Assembly (NCBI GenBank): GCA_963738225.1
Contig: CAVTVR010000011.1
Location: 131,868 to 195,867 of the forward strand
Source: an uncultured Verrucomicrobiae bacterium
GTDB taxonomy: Bacteria; Verrucomicrobiota; Verrucomicrobiia; Limisphaerales; UBA11358
Reading direction: 5' to 3'
DNA length: 64,000 nt
Position 1 is the stretch's first letter. Every line of letters begins with the position of its first letter. Positions 22,832-34,750 of this stretch are shown piece after piece. A model generated the notes under the pieces. That model saw only the letters and a program-made list of their open reading frames with translations, was not told the origin of the DNA and ran no database searches. A program made the position numbers and the translations under genes.

Positions 22832-23788
22832 ATGGCTCGCGCCAACCACCAACTGGGTTCCCTGCGTTTCAGCCGCCGCGAAAGCGAGCGGGTGGCGGTG
22901 GCGTTGTTGCTGTCGCTGGTCGCCCATCTTGGCGTGTGGGGCGGTTACGAACTGGGCAAAAAAAGGGACTGGTGGCGGCAGGTGCATCCGCCCGCATGGT
23001 TGCATCTGGCGGCAAAAAAAAAATCGCCGCCGCCAACGGCCGTTCAATCTTCCGAGCCGGAGATTTTTGTGGACGTGACCCACGCGGACGCCGAGGCGCC
23101 GGCGCAGGCGAAATTTTATTCCAATAAAAATTCCCGCGCGGCCAATCCGGACACGGGCGATGCGAACGTGCCGAAGTTGAACGGCAAACAAAAGGACGTG
23201 CCCAAAACCGAGGACGCGCCGCAATTGGTAAAATCCCAGCCGGCCGCGCCGCCGCAATCGCAGACCGCGCCGCAGGAGCCAGCCGAGAAACCGCAGCCGC
23301 GCGGTGATCTTTTTCCGTTGAAGCCGACGGCCAAAAGCGTCACGCAGCAACCGCCACAGCAGCCGGAACGTCCCCGCACATTGCGGCAGGCGCTCGCGCA
23401 GCGCGACCAGTTGCCCGGCCAGATGATGCAGCAGTCCGGCGGCGTTGCCCGGCACCAGTTGTGGTCGTCGCTCGACGCCAAGGCCACGCCGTTCGGCGAT
23501 TACGACCGCGCGATCATCGAGGCGGTCACGCAACGCTGGTATGACCTGCTCGACAGCCACCATTATGCGGAAGATCGCAAGGGCAAAGTCACGCTGCGGT
23601 TCAAGTTGAAACCGGACGGCACCATCATCGAAATGCAGCCGCTCGAAAACAACGTCGGCGAACTGCTGGGTTATCTTTGCCAGGAAGCCATCGAGGAAGC
23701 CGCGCCGTTCGGCAAGTGGCCGCCGGACATGGTGCGCATGATCGGCGCGAATTATCGGGAAATCACGTTCACCTTCTATTATTATTGA
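22832..23788 (+). CDS. TonB/TolA-like energy transducer
   Basis: N-terminal TM with SxxxH (SLVAHL), Pro-rich linker, TonB_C-like tail (AAPFGKWP). Confidence 0.8.
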   Translation: MARANHQLGSLRFSRRESERVAVALLLSLVAHLGVWGGYELGKKRDWWRQVHPPAWLHLAAKKKSPPPTAVQSSEPEIFVDVTHADAEAPAQAKFYSNKNSRAANPDTGDANVPKLNGKQKDVPKTEDAPQLVKSQPAAPPQSQTAPQEPAEKPQPRGDLFPLKPTAKSVTQQPPQQPERPRTLRQALAQRDQLPGQMMQQSGGVARHQLWSSLDAKATPFGDYDRAIIEAVTQRWYDLLDSHHYAEDRKGKVTLRFKLKPDGTIIEMQPLENNVGELLGYLCQEAIEEAAPFGKWPPDMVRMIGANYREITFTFYYY

Positions 23789-23798
23789 CCCGCTTTTT

Positions 23799-24390
23799 AT
23801 GGAAACTGTTGTTTATTTAATGCTCGGATTGACCTCGGTCACCGGTCTTGGAGTGGTTTTGTGGCGCGGGTGGATGCTGCGCTGGGGCAAGGTCGCCCCG
23901 CCGCAAATCGCCGCCGCCGTCACCGAATGCCAGCACGCCCGACGACGTGAAACGGCTGCGCGAAATCTGCGGGCAAAATCCCTCGCCGCTCGGACGTCTG
24001 CTCGTGTTTGCCGCCAACCATCTGGACTGGCCGAAAACGGAAAATGTCAGTTCGCTTGAAACCGCCGCGCGCCGGGAAGTCGTCCGGCTCGAACGCGGCC
24101 TGGTCGTGCTGGAAATCATCATCGGCATCGCGCCGCTGCTCGGTCTGGTGGGCACCATCCTCGGCATGATGTCCGTGTTCAACGACATTGGCGAAGCCGG
24201 CCTGAACAACGCCTCCAAGCTCGCGCACGGCATCAGCGTGATTTTGAATGCCACCTTGATCGGCCTGCTCATCGCCATTCCCGCGCTGGTGGCGTGGGGC
24301 TATTTCAGCAAAAAAGTCGAGGTCTTCGCCGTGGAAATGGAAACGCTCTGCGACGAATTCATCCGCCGCCAATACCGCGACAAAAAATGA
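23799..24390 (+). CDS. exbB: MotA/TolQ/ExbB proton channel (frameshift ~23935)
   Basis: APLLGLVGTILGM, GISVILNATLIGLLIAIPA. Confidence 0.85.
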
Positions 24391-24391
24391 G

Positions 24392-24491
24392 TTGCCAGTT
24401 AAAAGTTGAAAGTTGCAGGCTGCCCGGCCGCGGCGTTGGCGCTCGCATCCGCAAAAATTTCAACCTTCAACCTTCAACCTGAAACTTTTTC
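24392..24491. repeat. Heptamer (AAGTTG/CAACCTT) inverted-repeat element between exbB and exbD
   Basis: AGTTAAAAGTTGAAAGTTG ... CAACCTTCAACCTTCAACCTGAAACTT, flanked by direct AATGAG at 24386 and 24492. Confidence 0.7.
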
Positions 24492-24492
24492 A

Positions 24493-24918
24493 ATGAGATT
24501 TCTCATCCGCAAACGCCGCACCGCGCCCGCCGTCATCATCGTGGCCTTGATTGACGTGCTGATCGTGCTGGTGATTTTTCTGCTGGTGACCACCACCTTC
24601 AAGCAACAGCCGTCGCTGCGGCTGCAACTGCCGGAATCCAAGCAGGCTCTCAACTCCGGTGCGAATGAAAATCCACCGCTGGTCGTGAGCATTGAATCAA
24701 ACGGCGTCGTGCGACTTGGGCCGGACGCGCTGGCGGTGACGATTGACCAGTTGCAATCTCAACTCGCGTCAGAGGCCGCGAAGAATCCAAACTTGAAGCT
24801 GGCGGTGCGGGCCGATAAAAGTGCGCCGTGGGGCCAGATGGTGAAAGTGATGGACGCCGCCAATGCCGCGAACATTACCAACATGAGCGCGTTCACGAAG
24901 GAAGCCGGCAAACCGTGA
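24493..24918 (+). CDS. exbD: Biopolymer transport protein ExbD/TolR
   Basis: ALIDVLIVLVIFLLVTTTF, VRADKSA. Confidence 0.88.
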   Translation: MRFLIRKRRTAPAVIIVALIDVLIVLVIFLLVTTTFKQQPSLRLQLPESKQALNSGANENPPLVVSIESNGVVRLGPDALAVTIDQLQSQLASEAAKNPNLKLAVRADKSAPWGQMVKVMDAANAANITNMSAFTKEAGKP

Positions 24919-25106
24919 AATGCGGGCGACGCCACCCGCATTGCGTTCAAATGGAAAATCGGAAGGTGCCGCCAAATTAAGGGTTTCACTTAGTGGCATA
25001 ATGAGTATTCACGATTAACAATCAGGTATTGCACCAATTGCATATTGCCGTGGACTTGCCCTAAATTGTCCTCATGCAAACAATAATTGCTAAATCGGTT
25101 TCGGCG

Positions 25107-26055
25107 ATGAATGGTGACACGGATCACGGCCGCAAGCCAACGGCTATACCCCCGCGGCGACGCCCGAAAACGGCCAGGGCAACCGCGCCTTGGTGGAGGC
25201 GTTGACCAACTCCCGCGTCTATCGCGATTACGAGCGCGCCTTCAGCGACCTGACCGGCCTGCCGGTCGCGCTGCAGCCGGTCGAAACCTGGCAGTTGCCC
25301 CATCACGGCAAGCGCAATGAGAACGCCTTTTGCGCGCTGCTTTCCCGAAAAAACCGCTCCTGCGCCGCCTGCCTGCAAATGCAGGAACGCCTGTGCCAGC
25401 AAGCCTCCAATGAGCCGGAAACGGTCACCTGCCCGGCCGGTTTGTGCGACAGCGCGGTGCCGGTGCGCATGAGCGACCGGCTGGTGGGTTATCTTGCAAA
25501 TCGGCCAGGTGTTCCGCAAGAAACCGACCGAAGCGCAGTTCAAAAAAACGCTTGAGCTTTGCAAAAAATGGGGCGTGGAAACGACGCGGGAAGCGCTGCG
25601 CAAGGCGTATTTTTCCGGCAAGGTGGTTTCGCCGAAAGAGCACGAATCCGCCATCAAGCTGCTGACAATTTTTGCACAGCATCTGGCAATGTTGAGCAAC
25701 CAGGTTTTCATCCAGCGCGAAAACTCCGAGCCGCCGGTCATCGCCAAAGCCCGCGCCTTCATTGCAGGAACACCAGACCGAGGAACTGTCGCTCGGCCAG
25801 GTCGCCAAGGCGGTCAACATGAGCAGCTATTACTTCTGCAAGATGTTCAAAAAGGTCGCCGGCATCAATTTCACCGACTACGTCGCGCGGGTGCGGATTG
25901 AAAAATCCAAAAATCTGTTGCTCAACCCGAATTTGCGCGTGAGCGAAATCGCGTTCGAGGTCGGCTTCCAGTCGCTCACGCATTTCAACCGCGTGTTCAA
26001 GAAAATCCTCGGCCAGTCGCCGACGGAATACCGCGCGCAATTGCTGGCGCATTGA
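25107..26055 (+). CDS. PocR-sensor AraC-family regulator (frameshifted)
   Basis: PocR Cys pattern (FCALL..CAAC..CPAGL); AraC HTH (VSEIAFEVGFQSLTHFNRVFKK..SPTEYR). Confidence 0.85.
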
Positions 26056-26157
26056 ACGCGCCCATGTCGCAACCCCGCCTCCAGGGCCGCCGGCGGATTA
26101 TTTTCGACTCCGCGATTGGCATTGGCTTTGGCCGAAAAATTTCCGATATTCCCGCCA

Positions 26158-27257
26158 ATGAACGGGATGAAGGAAAACAAAAAAGAGTCAGGCGCCAGGC
26201 TGCTGGCCCGTTCCGAATCCGCCGTGCGCGATCACGAGGAGCGGCTGCGCGCCATTCTGGAAACCGCCGTCGAGGGCATCATCACCATTGACGAGCGCGG
26301 CACCATCGAGTCGTTCAACCCCGCTTCGGAAAAAATCTTCGGCTACGCGGCCGCCGAGGTCATCGGCAAAAATGTCAGCGTGCTGATGCCGACGCCGCAC
26401 CGCGAACAACACGACGGCTACATCGAAAATTACAAGCACACCGGCCAGGCCAAAATCATCGGCATCGGGCGCGAAACCTTTGGACGCAAAAAGGACGGGA
26501 CCGTGTTCCCGATGGATTTGTCGGTCAGCGAGGTGAAGTTGAGCGACCGGCGGATGTTCACCGGCTTCATGCGCGACATCACGGAACGCAAGCGGCTGGA
26601 AAAGGAAATCCTCGAAATCAGCGAGCGCGAGCAGCGGCGCATCGGGCAGGATTTGCACGACGGGCTTTGCCAGCATCTCGCCGGCATCGAAATGCTGAGC
26701 GCAGGTGCTCGCGCAAAAGCTGGCGAAAAAATCCGAGGACGGCTCGCGCGCGCGCGACGGAAATCGCCAAGGCGGTGCGCGAAGCCATCAGCCAGACGCG
26801 GTTGCTGGCGCGCGGGCTTTCGCCGGTCACGCTGGAATCGGAAGGCCTGATGTCCGCGCTGGCGGAACTGGCGGTGAACACGGAAAAAATGTTCCGCATC
26901 CATTGTGTGTTTCGACTGTCCGGAAATCGTAAAATTCAACGACCACGCGGCGGCGACGCATTTGTTCCGCATCGCGCAGGAGGCGGTTTCCAACGCCATC
27001 AAGCACGGCAAGGCGAAAGAACATTTCCCTCCAACTGCGCGAGGAGGCGGAAGCCATTTCCCTGCAAATCGCCGACGACGGCGCCGGTTTTCCGGAAAAT
27101 TTTTCCGGCGGCGCCGGCATGGGTTTGCGCATCATGCAGATCGCGCATCGGCATGGTGGGCGGCACGTTGCAAGTGGAACAAAATGCCGGCCGGTGGCGT
27201 GACGGTGATCCTGCCATGCGCCCAAAAAAACCGGAAGCTCATGGCCGTAAAAAATAA
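26158..27257 (+). CDS. PAS (FixL-like heme) + HisKA_3 sensor kinase (frameshifted)
   Basis: LMP.PHREQHDGYI..Y..TG.AKIIGIGRE; EQRRIGQDLHDGLCQ; FRIAQEAVSNAIKH. Confidence 0.85.
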
Positions 27258-27924
27258 AATCGGCCGCCAAGCGGCTGCTCATCGTGGACGATCATCCGAT
27301 GATGCGCACCGGCCTGGCGCAGTTGATTGACAACGAAGGCGACCTGAAAGTTTGCGCCGAGGCGGACAACGCCGGCCAGGCGATCAACGCGGTCGCCGGC
27401 CAGAAATTTGACCTGGCGCTGGTGGACATTTCCCTGCCCGGACAAAAACGGGCTGGAACTGATCAAGGATATCCGCGCCTTGAAACCGGACCTGCCCATT
27501 CTCGTCGTCTCCATGCACGACGAAATGATTTACGCCGAGCGCGTGCTGCGGGCCGGCGCGCGCGGCTACATCATGAAGCAGGAGGGCGGACAAAAATTTT
27601 TGCTGGCCATCCGGCAGGTGCTGGCGGGAAAGATTTTTGTCAGTGAAAAAATGTCGGCGCGCATCCTGGAAAATTTTTCCGGCAAGCAACCGGAACATTT
27701 CGGTTCGCCGGTGAAGCGCCTGTCCGACCGCGAATTTGAGGTGTTTCAACTGATCGGCCAGGGCATCGGCACGCGCGAGATCGCCGGACGGCTGCATTTG
27801 AGCGTCAAGACGGTGGAAGTCCACCGCGCAAACATCAAGGAAAAGTTGAGTCTCACCACGGCGACGGAACTGGTCCGCTACGCCGTCCGCTGGCTGGACG
27901 CCCAAGGCCGGAACCGGCGACTGA
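27241..27924 (+). CDS. NarL/LuxR response regulator (frameshifted)
   Basis: VDDHPMMR, LVDISLP, LSDREFEVF, SVKTVEVHRANIKEKL. Confidence 0.88.
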
Positions 27925-28055
27925 TTTTCCAAATCACTTGGAGTTCTTCGTGGCAAAATAGGGTGATAATTTGCCAAAAGCCGGGAAGTCTATTGAGGCT
28001 TGCGGCTGTCATTTTTCTTCCAGCGAATGAATGTAAAAATAATTTTCAAACAACT

Positions 28056-30811
28056 ATGAGCATCTTCAAACCATCCAAACCCATCGAATCCGCCCACGAT
28101 ATTCTGCATCACACCACCCGCCGCCCGCTGTCGCCGATATTTTCGCCGGAGTCGGTCGCCGTCATCGGCGCGACGGAAAATCCCGGCAGCGTTGGCCGCA
28201 CCATTCTCGAAAACCTGATCAAGGGCGGTTTCGCCGGGAAGATTTATCCGGTCAACCCCAAGCGCGACACCGTGCTGGGCATCAAGGCTTATCCCAGCAT
28301 CACCGCCGTGCCGGAGAAACCCGACCTCGCCGTCATCATCACGCCGCCGGCCACCGTGCCGGGCATCGTCAAGGATTGCGGCACGGCGGGCGTGCAGGGC
28401 GTCGTCATCATTTCCGCCGGCTTCAAGGAAATCGGCGCGCCGGGCGTGGAACTCGAACGCCAGGTTCTGGAAGAGGCGCACCAAGGCCGGCATGCGCATC
28501 GTCGGCCCGAATTGCCTGGGCGTGATGGTGCCCGGCTGCAAAATTAAACGCCACGTTCGCCGCCGACATGGCGCGGCCGGGCAGCGTCGGTTTCATCAGC
28601 CAGAGCGGCGCGCTCTGCACGGCGATTCTCGACTGGAGCTTGAAGGAAAACGTCGGCTTCAGCGCGTTCGTTTCGCTCGGCTCGATGCTCGACGTCGGCT
28701 GGGGCGATTTGATCAATCATCTCGGCGACGATCCGAACACCAAGAGCATTGTCATTTACATGGAAACCATCGGCGATGCGCGGTCGTTTCTTTCCGCCGC
28801 GCGCGAAGTGGCGCTGACCAAGCCGATCATCGTCATCAAGCCCGGCCGCACCGAGGCCGCCGCCAAAGCCGCCGCGTCGCACACCGGTTCGCTCACCGGC
28901 AGCGACGAAGTTTTGCAGGCGGCGTTCCAGCGCGTCGGCGTTTTGCGCGTCGAGGCGATTTCCGAATTGTTCGACATGGCGGAAGTGCTCGGCAAACAGC
29001 CGCGCCCGAAAGGCCCGCGCCTGACCATCGTCACCAACGCCGGCGGCCCGAGCGTCCTCGCCACGGACATGCTCATCGGCAGCGGCGCGCAACTCGCCGA
29101 GCTCACGCCGGAAACGATGGCGGCGTTCAACGCCATTCTTCCGCCGACGTGGAGCCACAACAATCCGGTGGACATCATTGGCGACGCCAAGCCGGAGCTT
29201 TACGCGCAAGTCGGTGGAAATCGCGGCCAAAGACCCGAACACCGACGGCATGCTGGTCATCCTCACGCCGCAGGCGATGACCGATCCGACTGCGACCGCC
29301 GAATGTCTGAAGCCTTACGCGCACATTCCGAACAAGCCGATGCATCGCCAGTTGGATGGGCGCGGACATGGTCGCGAAAGGCGAGGACATTCTCAACGCG
29401 GCGAACATCCCGACGTTCAAATATCCCGACCGCGCGGCCAGGGCGTTTTATTACATGTGGCGCTACAGCGAAAATCTGCGCGCGCTTTACGAAACGCCCG
29501 CGATGCCGCAGGACGACGCGCACGGCGAAATTGACCGCGAGAAAGCGGCGGCCATCATCGCCGAAGTCCGCAAGTCCGGCCGCACGATTCTCACGGAATT
29601 TGAATCCAAGAAACTGCTCGCGGCCTACGGCATTCCGACGGTCGAAACGCACATCGCGCTGACCGAAGGCGACGCGGTGAAACAGGCCGCGCGGCTCGGC
29701 TTCCCGGTCGTGCTGAAACTGTATTCCGAAACCATCACGCACAAGACCGACGTCGGCGGCGTGCAGTTGAATTTGCGCACCGCCTCGGCCGTGCGCCAGG
29801 CGTGGAAGGCGATTGAAACCTCCTGCGCCAAAAAAGCCGGCAAGGAACATTTCCTCGGCGTCACCGTGCAGCCGATGATCAAGCTCGACGGCTACGAAAT
29901 CATCATCGGCAGCAGCATGGACCCGCAGTTCGGCCCGGTGCTGCTGTTCGGCACCGGCGGCCAGTTGGTCGAAGTGTTCAAGGACCGCGCGCTCGGCCTG
30001 CCGCCGCTCAACGCCACGCTCGCGCGGCGCATGATGGAGCGCACGAAGATTTTCACCGCGCTCAAAGGCGTGCGCGGCCGCAAGGCGGCCAACATCGCCG
30101 CGCTCGAACAATTGCTCGTGCGCTTCAGCCAGCTCGTCGTCGAGCAGCCGTGGATTTCCGAAATGGACATCAATCCCCTGCTCGTCTCCGCCGAACGGAT
30201 TTTTGCGCTCGACGCGCGCGTCGTGTTGCACGACCCCAAAACGCCGGAAGGCAAGCTGCCGCATTCCGCCATCCGGCCCTATCCGATTCAATACGCCACG
30301 CCGTGGAAATTGAAAAACAAGGCGCCGCTCTTCATCCGCCCCATCAAGCCGGAGGACGAGCCGCTCATGGTCAAGTTCCACGAAACCTTGTCCGAGGAGA
30401 GCGTCTATAACCGCTATTTCGCCGCGCTGAAACTCTCGCAGCGCGTCGCGCACGAACGCCTGACGCGCATTTGCTTCAACGATTACGACCGCGAAATCGC
30501 ACTCGTCGCCGAGTTGAAAGTCCCGCGAAGGCGAGGAGAAGAAAATTCTCGGCGTCGGCCGCTTGAGCAAGCAGCACGGCAACCGCGACGCGGAATTCGC
30601 CGTGCTCGTCAGCGACGAATGGCAGCGCCAGGGCCTCGGCTGCGAACTGCTCCGCCGCCTGATCGAAATTGGCCGCGACGAAAAACTGGCGCGCATCAGC
30701 GGCGTGATCCTGGCCGAAAACCACGCCATGCAGCACATCTGCCGCAAGGTCGGCTTCAAGGTCGTCCACGACTCCGACAACAATTCCTTCAACGCCAGCT
30801 ACACTTACTGA
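28056..30811 (+). CDS. ADP-forming acetate-CoA ligase family protein fused to C-terminal GNAT (Pat/YfiQ-like; frameshifted)
   Basis: GPNCLG, ISQSGA, SHTGSL, NPVD, ATP-grasp [33 protein letters not shown]. Confidence 0.9.
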
Positions 30812-30975
30812 GCTGGGCGCAAATTCCGACGCGGTTCCGCCGGCCCAACCGGCGGAACTTTTTTTTGCACCCTGCGTGACCGGTTTCAGCACCGTTCCTG
30901 CGCGGCGCTTTGCCGCAGCATCCTCCTTTTCATGGCGGAACAGGTCGCGTAAGCTCCGCAAAATCTTTTTTGACC

Positions 30976-32590
30976 ATGCTTGAAGAAACACAGGTTCCCG
31001 TCCGCCGCTGGCCGCCGCAAATCAAATTCATCGTCGGCAACGAAGCGTGCGAACGCTTCAGCTATTACGGCATGAGAAGCATTCTCGCCGGCTACATCAC
31101 CGGCGCGGTGCTAAAGGGCGGACTCGGCCAGGATGACGACACTTCTGCGGTTATCATCCATTTCTTTGTCTTCGCGAATTATTTCATGCCGCTGTTCGGC
31201 GCGTGGCTGTCGGATAAAATCATCGGGCGCTACCATACGATTCTCTGGGTGTCGCTGTTCTATTGCGCGGGCCACGGCGTGCTGGCGTGCAGCGATTTCG
31301 CCGGCCACTGTTCATGGCAAAATGTGGATGCTTTACGTCGGGCTGGCGCTGATTGCGTTCGGCTCCGGCGGCATCAAACCATGCGTCTCGGCGTTCATGG
31401 GCGACCAGTTCAAGCCGGAGCAATCGCATCTGCTGCAAAAAGCCTACGGCGCGTTTTACTGGTCCATCAACATCGGCTCGTTTTTTTCGTTCCTCGTCAT
31501 TCCGTGGATCAAGGACCGGCACGGCTACAGCCTGGCGTTCGGCGTGCCGGGAATTTTCATGGCCATCGCCACGTTCATTTTCTGGCTGGGCACAAAACAT
31601 TACGTCCGCGTGCCGCCCAGCCGCGAAACGAAGAATGCCGGCTTCTTCAAAGTGTTTTTCGCAGCAGTGGGCGCAGGGCCGGCGTATTCCAAGACGGCTT
31701 TGGTGAATTTGTCCGCCACGCTGGGCCTGCCCGCGCTCGCCATCGTGTTGATGACGTGCCTGACATTTTCCGGCGAAGGCCCGTTGATGAAAGCGCTCGG
31801 CTGGACCTCGTTTGGCTGCATCGGGCTTTGGTATCTGCTTGTGCTCGGCTTGAGCCTGCTGGGCAAAACCCAGATGCCGGACGCGTTCTGGCGCAAAGCC
31901 GCCGTCAGGCACAACGAAAAGGAAATTGACAGCGCGCGTTCGTTAACGCCGATTTTGTTCGTGTTCGCGCTGATTCCGGTTTTTTGGTCGCTGTTTGACC
32001 AGACGAATTCCACATGGGTGTTGCAGGGTGAGAAAATGGTTCCGACCAAATTCCTCGGCCTCGACATCGGAGCCGAGCAAATGCAATCCATGAACCCGCT
32101 CATCGTGATGATTCTCGTGCCGGTGTTCACGCTGGGCGTTTATCCGCGCATCGGCAAGTTCGCGTCGCCACTGAAACGAATGTCTTACGGCATGTTTCTC
32201 GCCGCCGCGTCGTATCTCGTCGTGGCCGCGCTGCAAACGCGCATCGAGGCCGGCGCGCAATTGAGCGTGCTGTGGCAAACCGCGCCTTACATCATTCTCA
32301 CCGCCGGCGAAGTGCTGCTGTCCACGACCGGTTTGGAATTTGCCTTCCGCGAAGCCGCGCCGGAAATGAAAAGCATCATCATGAGTTTCTGGCTGCTGAC
32401 GATGGCGTTCGGCGATTTGTTGATTGTGCTGGTGACGAAGTTTTTTGCCAGCGCCAACAGCCACGCCGAATCCGTCAGCGCGAACCGTTTTCTGCTTTAC
32501 GCCGGGCTGACGTTTGTGGTGGCGATTATCTTCAGCGCCGTTGCCGCATTTTATCAATATCGCGACAAGGCAGCGGCGCAGGGGAAATAA
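30976..32590 (+). CDS. POT/PTR proton-dependent oligopeptide transporter (frameshift ~31300)
   Basis: ExxERFSYYG, GGIKPCVSAFMGDQF, FYWSINIGS, EAAPEMKS. Confidence 0.92.
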
Positions 32591-32599
32591 CCGCAGTGC

Positions 32600-32674
32600 C
32601 TAATCTTAATCGTCATCGTAATCTTAATCCGCCCAATACAACGATTACGATTAAGAACAAGGTTAAGATTAGGA
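32600..32674. repeat. Hexamer (TAATCK / GATTAM) inverted tandem repeat between convergent genes
   Basis: CTAATCTTAATCGTCATCGTAATCTTAATC ... GATTACGATTAAGAACAAGGTTAAGATTAG. Confidence 0.75.
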
Positions 32675-32687
32675 GAGCACCAATAAC

Positions 32688-32758
32688 CGGAGCGCCGAGC
32701 ATTGTTCGCCGAGAATGGAAATTGCCGACCATCTGGCCGAGTAATGCTCGGCGCTCCG
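32688..32758. repeat. CGGAG-type REP-like inverted repeat (family B)
   Basis: Perfect 16-bp arms CGGAGCGCCGAGCATT / AATGCTCGGCGCTCCG. Confidence 0.75.
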
Positions 32759-32787
32759 CTCGGAACATCGAATAAACCTGCGGCCAG

Positions 32788-34188
32788 TCACTGCCCGGCG
32801 TAAAACGCATCCACTTTCGCCGCGACATCCTTGTAGCCGATGTCCGATTCGTAAATGATCTTGAACTGGTCCACAGCGTCCTCTTTTTTGCCCATGCCCT
32901 CGAACACGCAGCCGAGATTGTAAATGAGGTCCTTTTTCTCGTCGTCAAAGCCGGGCTTTTCCTTGATGGCATTCTGCAAAGTGCGGGCGGCGAGATCCCA
33001 CATCTTGCGCCGGGCAAAACATTGCGCCAGATAGCTCATCGCGCCGAGGCGCTTGTGCGGATTGCCCTGCGCCTTCTGAAATTCCGCGATGGCCTCGCCG
33101 ATCTTGCCCGCCTGGAAATAAAGCACGCCGAGTTCGAAGCGGATGGCGAGGTCGGTCGGATATTTCTCCACGCGCTGCTGGCACTCGGCGAGTTGATAGG
33201 CGGTCTTTTCGGCCTGGAGCGCGGCGGTCTGCTCGGCGAGGTCGGGCGCAAAAGGATTCAACTGCGCGATCTGGAAATCCAACTTGCGCAGGTTGGTGTC
33301 GGCAATGGCGCGATCCAGCGTGGCGTCGTTGCCCATGTCCGAACTCTTGATGCGCTGATACAGTTCCAGCGCGGGGAGAAACCGGTTTTTCTGCGTGTAA
33401 AGCTCCGCGAGGGAGCGCATGAGTTTGAGATTGCCCGGCTCGTTGGGCAGGCGCGTTTCGTATTCGCCAATGAGCCGCTCGGCGGTGTCCTCGGATTTCT
33501 GCACGCGCTTTTCCTGTTCGAGCGTCACGGCCTCGTCCTTGTTCCGCAGGACATCGCGGTAGGAACCTTTGCCGCCTTCGAGCGCGCCGTAGCCGCCCTC
33601 GTCCATCGTCCTGTGCGCGGAAAGATTTTTCTGCGCCTGCACCAAATCCGGATCGTAAGGCGTGGTGCGGATGAGTTCGTCGAGATATTTTTCCGCGACG
33701 CCGGCGTTGAGGCCGGACTCCGCGACGGTGTTTGCAAACTCGACGACGAGCGCCTTGTCCTTGGGAGAATTATGCACCAGGGTTTCGAGCGACAACGCCG
33801 CCGTCTGCTTCAGGTCCAGCGCCTGCGCCGCGTCCACGATGACGCGGTGGGCGAAGGAATTATGCGGGTCGCTGTTCAACACTTGTTCGGCGATGGCCAT
33901 GGCCTCGGCGGGATCTTTGTGCAGGGCCATTTTTGCCTTGGCGATTTGCGGGGACGACCCGGCGTTGCTCATCATTTTTTTGAAAAAGCCCGTGCTGGCG
34001 CCCGCATGTTTTTTGGCCTGGGCGATGCGCAACGCCTTGCGGGCGTCAAAAAAGCCCGGCTCGCGTTCCAGCACCTGGCAGAGCATCGTGATGGCGTAAT
34101 CGTAACTTTCCCGCTGCGCCGTGTCAGCGGCCTTGGTGAAGAGCATCCGCAAATCGCGCGGAATCTCGGTGGCTTGTTTTTCTGGCAT
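32788..34188 (-). CDS. Tetratricopeptide repeat protein
   Basis: Multiple TPR patterns (RFELGVLYF..G..EAI; YNLG..FE.MG); host-like codon usage. Confidence 0.88.
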   Translation of the reverse strand: MPEKQATEIPRDLRMLFTKAADTAQRESYDYAITMLCQVLEREPGFFDARKALRIAQAKKHAGASTGFFKKMMSNAGSSPQIAKAKMALHKDPAEAMAIAEQVLNSDPHNSFAHRVIVDAAQALDLKQTAALSLETLVHNSPKDKALVVEFANTVAESGLNAGVAEKYLDELIRTTPYDPDLVQAQKNLSAHRTMDEGGYGALEGGKGSYRDVLRNKDEAVTLEQEKRVQKSEDTAERLIGEYETRLPNEPGNLKLMRSLAELYTQKNRFLPALELYQRIKSSDMGNDATLDRAIADTNLRKLDFQIAQLNPFAPDLAEQTAALQAEKTAYQLAECQQRVEKYPTDLAIRFELGVLYFQAGKIGEAIAEFQKAQGNPHKRLGAMSYLAQCFARRKMWDLAARTLQNAIKEKPGFDDEKKDLIYNLGCVFEGMGKKEDAVDQFKIIYESDIGYKDVAAKVDAFYAGQ

Positions 34189-34304
34189 GGAACGATGCTA
34201 AGATGATTCCAGCAAATCGGCAAATCGGTTTTTGCCAAACTTGCACCACCGGGAGCAACTTGACACCGCCACCACGCCATGCTGCAAGAGTGGAGCGCAT
34301 TGAC

Positions 34305-34425
34305 TCACGGCAGCGATGCCCGATAAAATCGCGCGCTGGAATTGGTCACGGCGGAATCGGTGAATTGCGCCGTGCCGTTTGTATTGAGAATCAACGCCGT
34401 TGGCCTCCAATTCAGAATATTCGCC
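34305..34425 (-). pseudogene. Orphan C-terminal domain remnant of a secreted protein
   Basis: ...NWRPTALILNTNGTAQFTDSAVTNSSARFYRASLP* resembles the C-termini of secreted proteins in this window. There is no upstream body; the toxin gene abuts it. Confidence 0.6.
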
Positions 34426-34435
34426 ACAAGGAAGA

Positions 34436-34750
34436 TCAAAAAATTAACCGGCTCGGGATTTCCGGCTCGCCCCGCGCGCCATGCCACACGCGCGCAATGG
34501 CGACAATTTGTTTTTCCGCCAGAACTTTGTAGATGATCCGGTAAGGACGGAAAACAATTTCACGAACCGTTTCGTCATTTTCCTCCGGCACGACGCGGCC
34601 AAGTTGCGGAAACTGTGCCAGCACGTCCACCTTGGACATGAGCAAATAACCGAACGATTCGGCGACCGGCGGGTTGTCCCGCGCGATAAACAGGACGATG
34701 GATTGCAAGTCGTCCCGCGCCTGCTCCGACCAGATTATTTTGAAAGCCAT
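34436..34750 (-). CDS. RelE/ParE family toxin
   Basis: IIWSEQARDDL..I..FIA.DNP..A, FPQLGR.VPE, YRIIY, RVWHGAR. Confidence 0.9.
   Translation of the reverse strand: MAFKIIWSEQARDDLQSIVLFIARDNPPVAESFGYLLMSKVDVLAQFPQLGRVVPEENDETVREIVFRPYRIIYKVLAEKQIVAIARVWHGARGEPEIPSRLIF

Noticed and set aside
27408-28547. NarL regulator fused to acetate-CoA ligase (379-aa ORF)
   Set aside because: One extra base near 27909 removes the stop at 27922. The read-through segment is AT-rich intergenic DNA.
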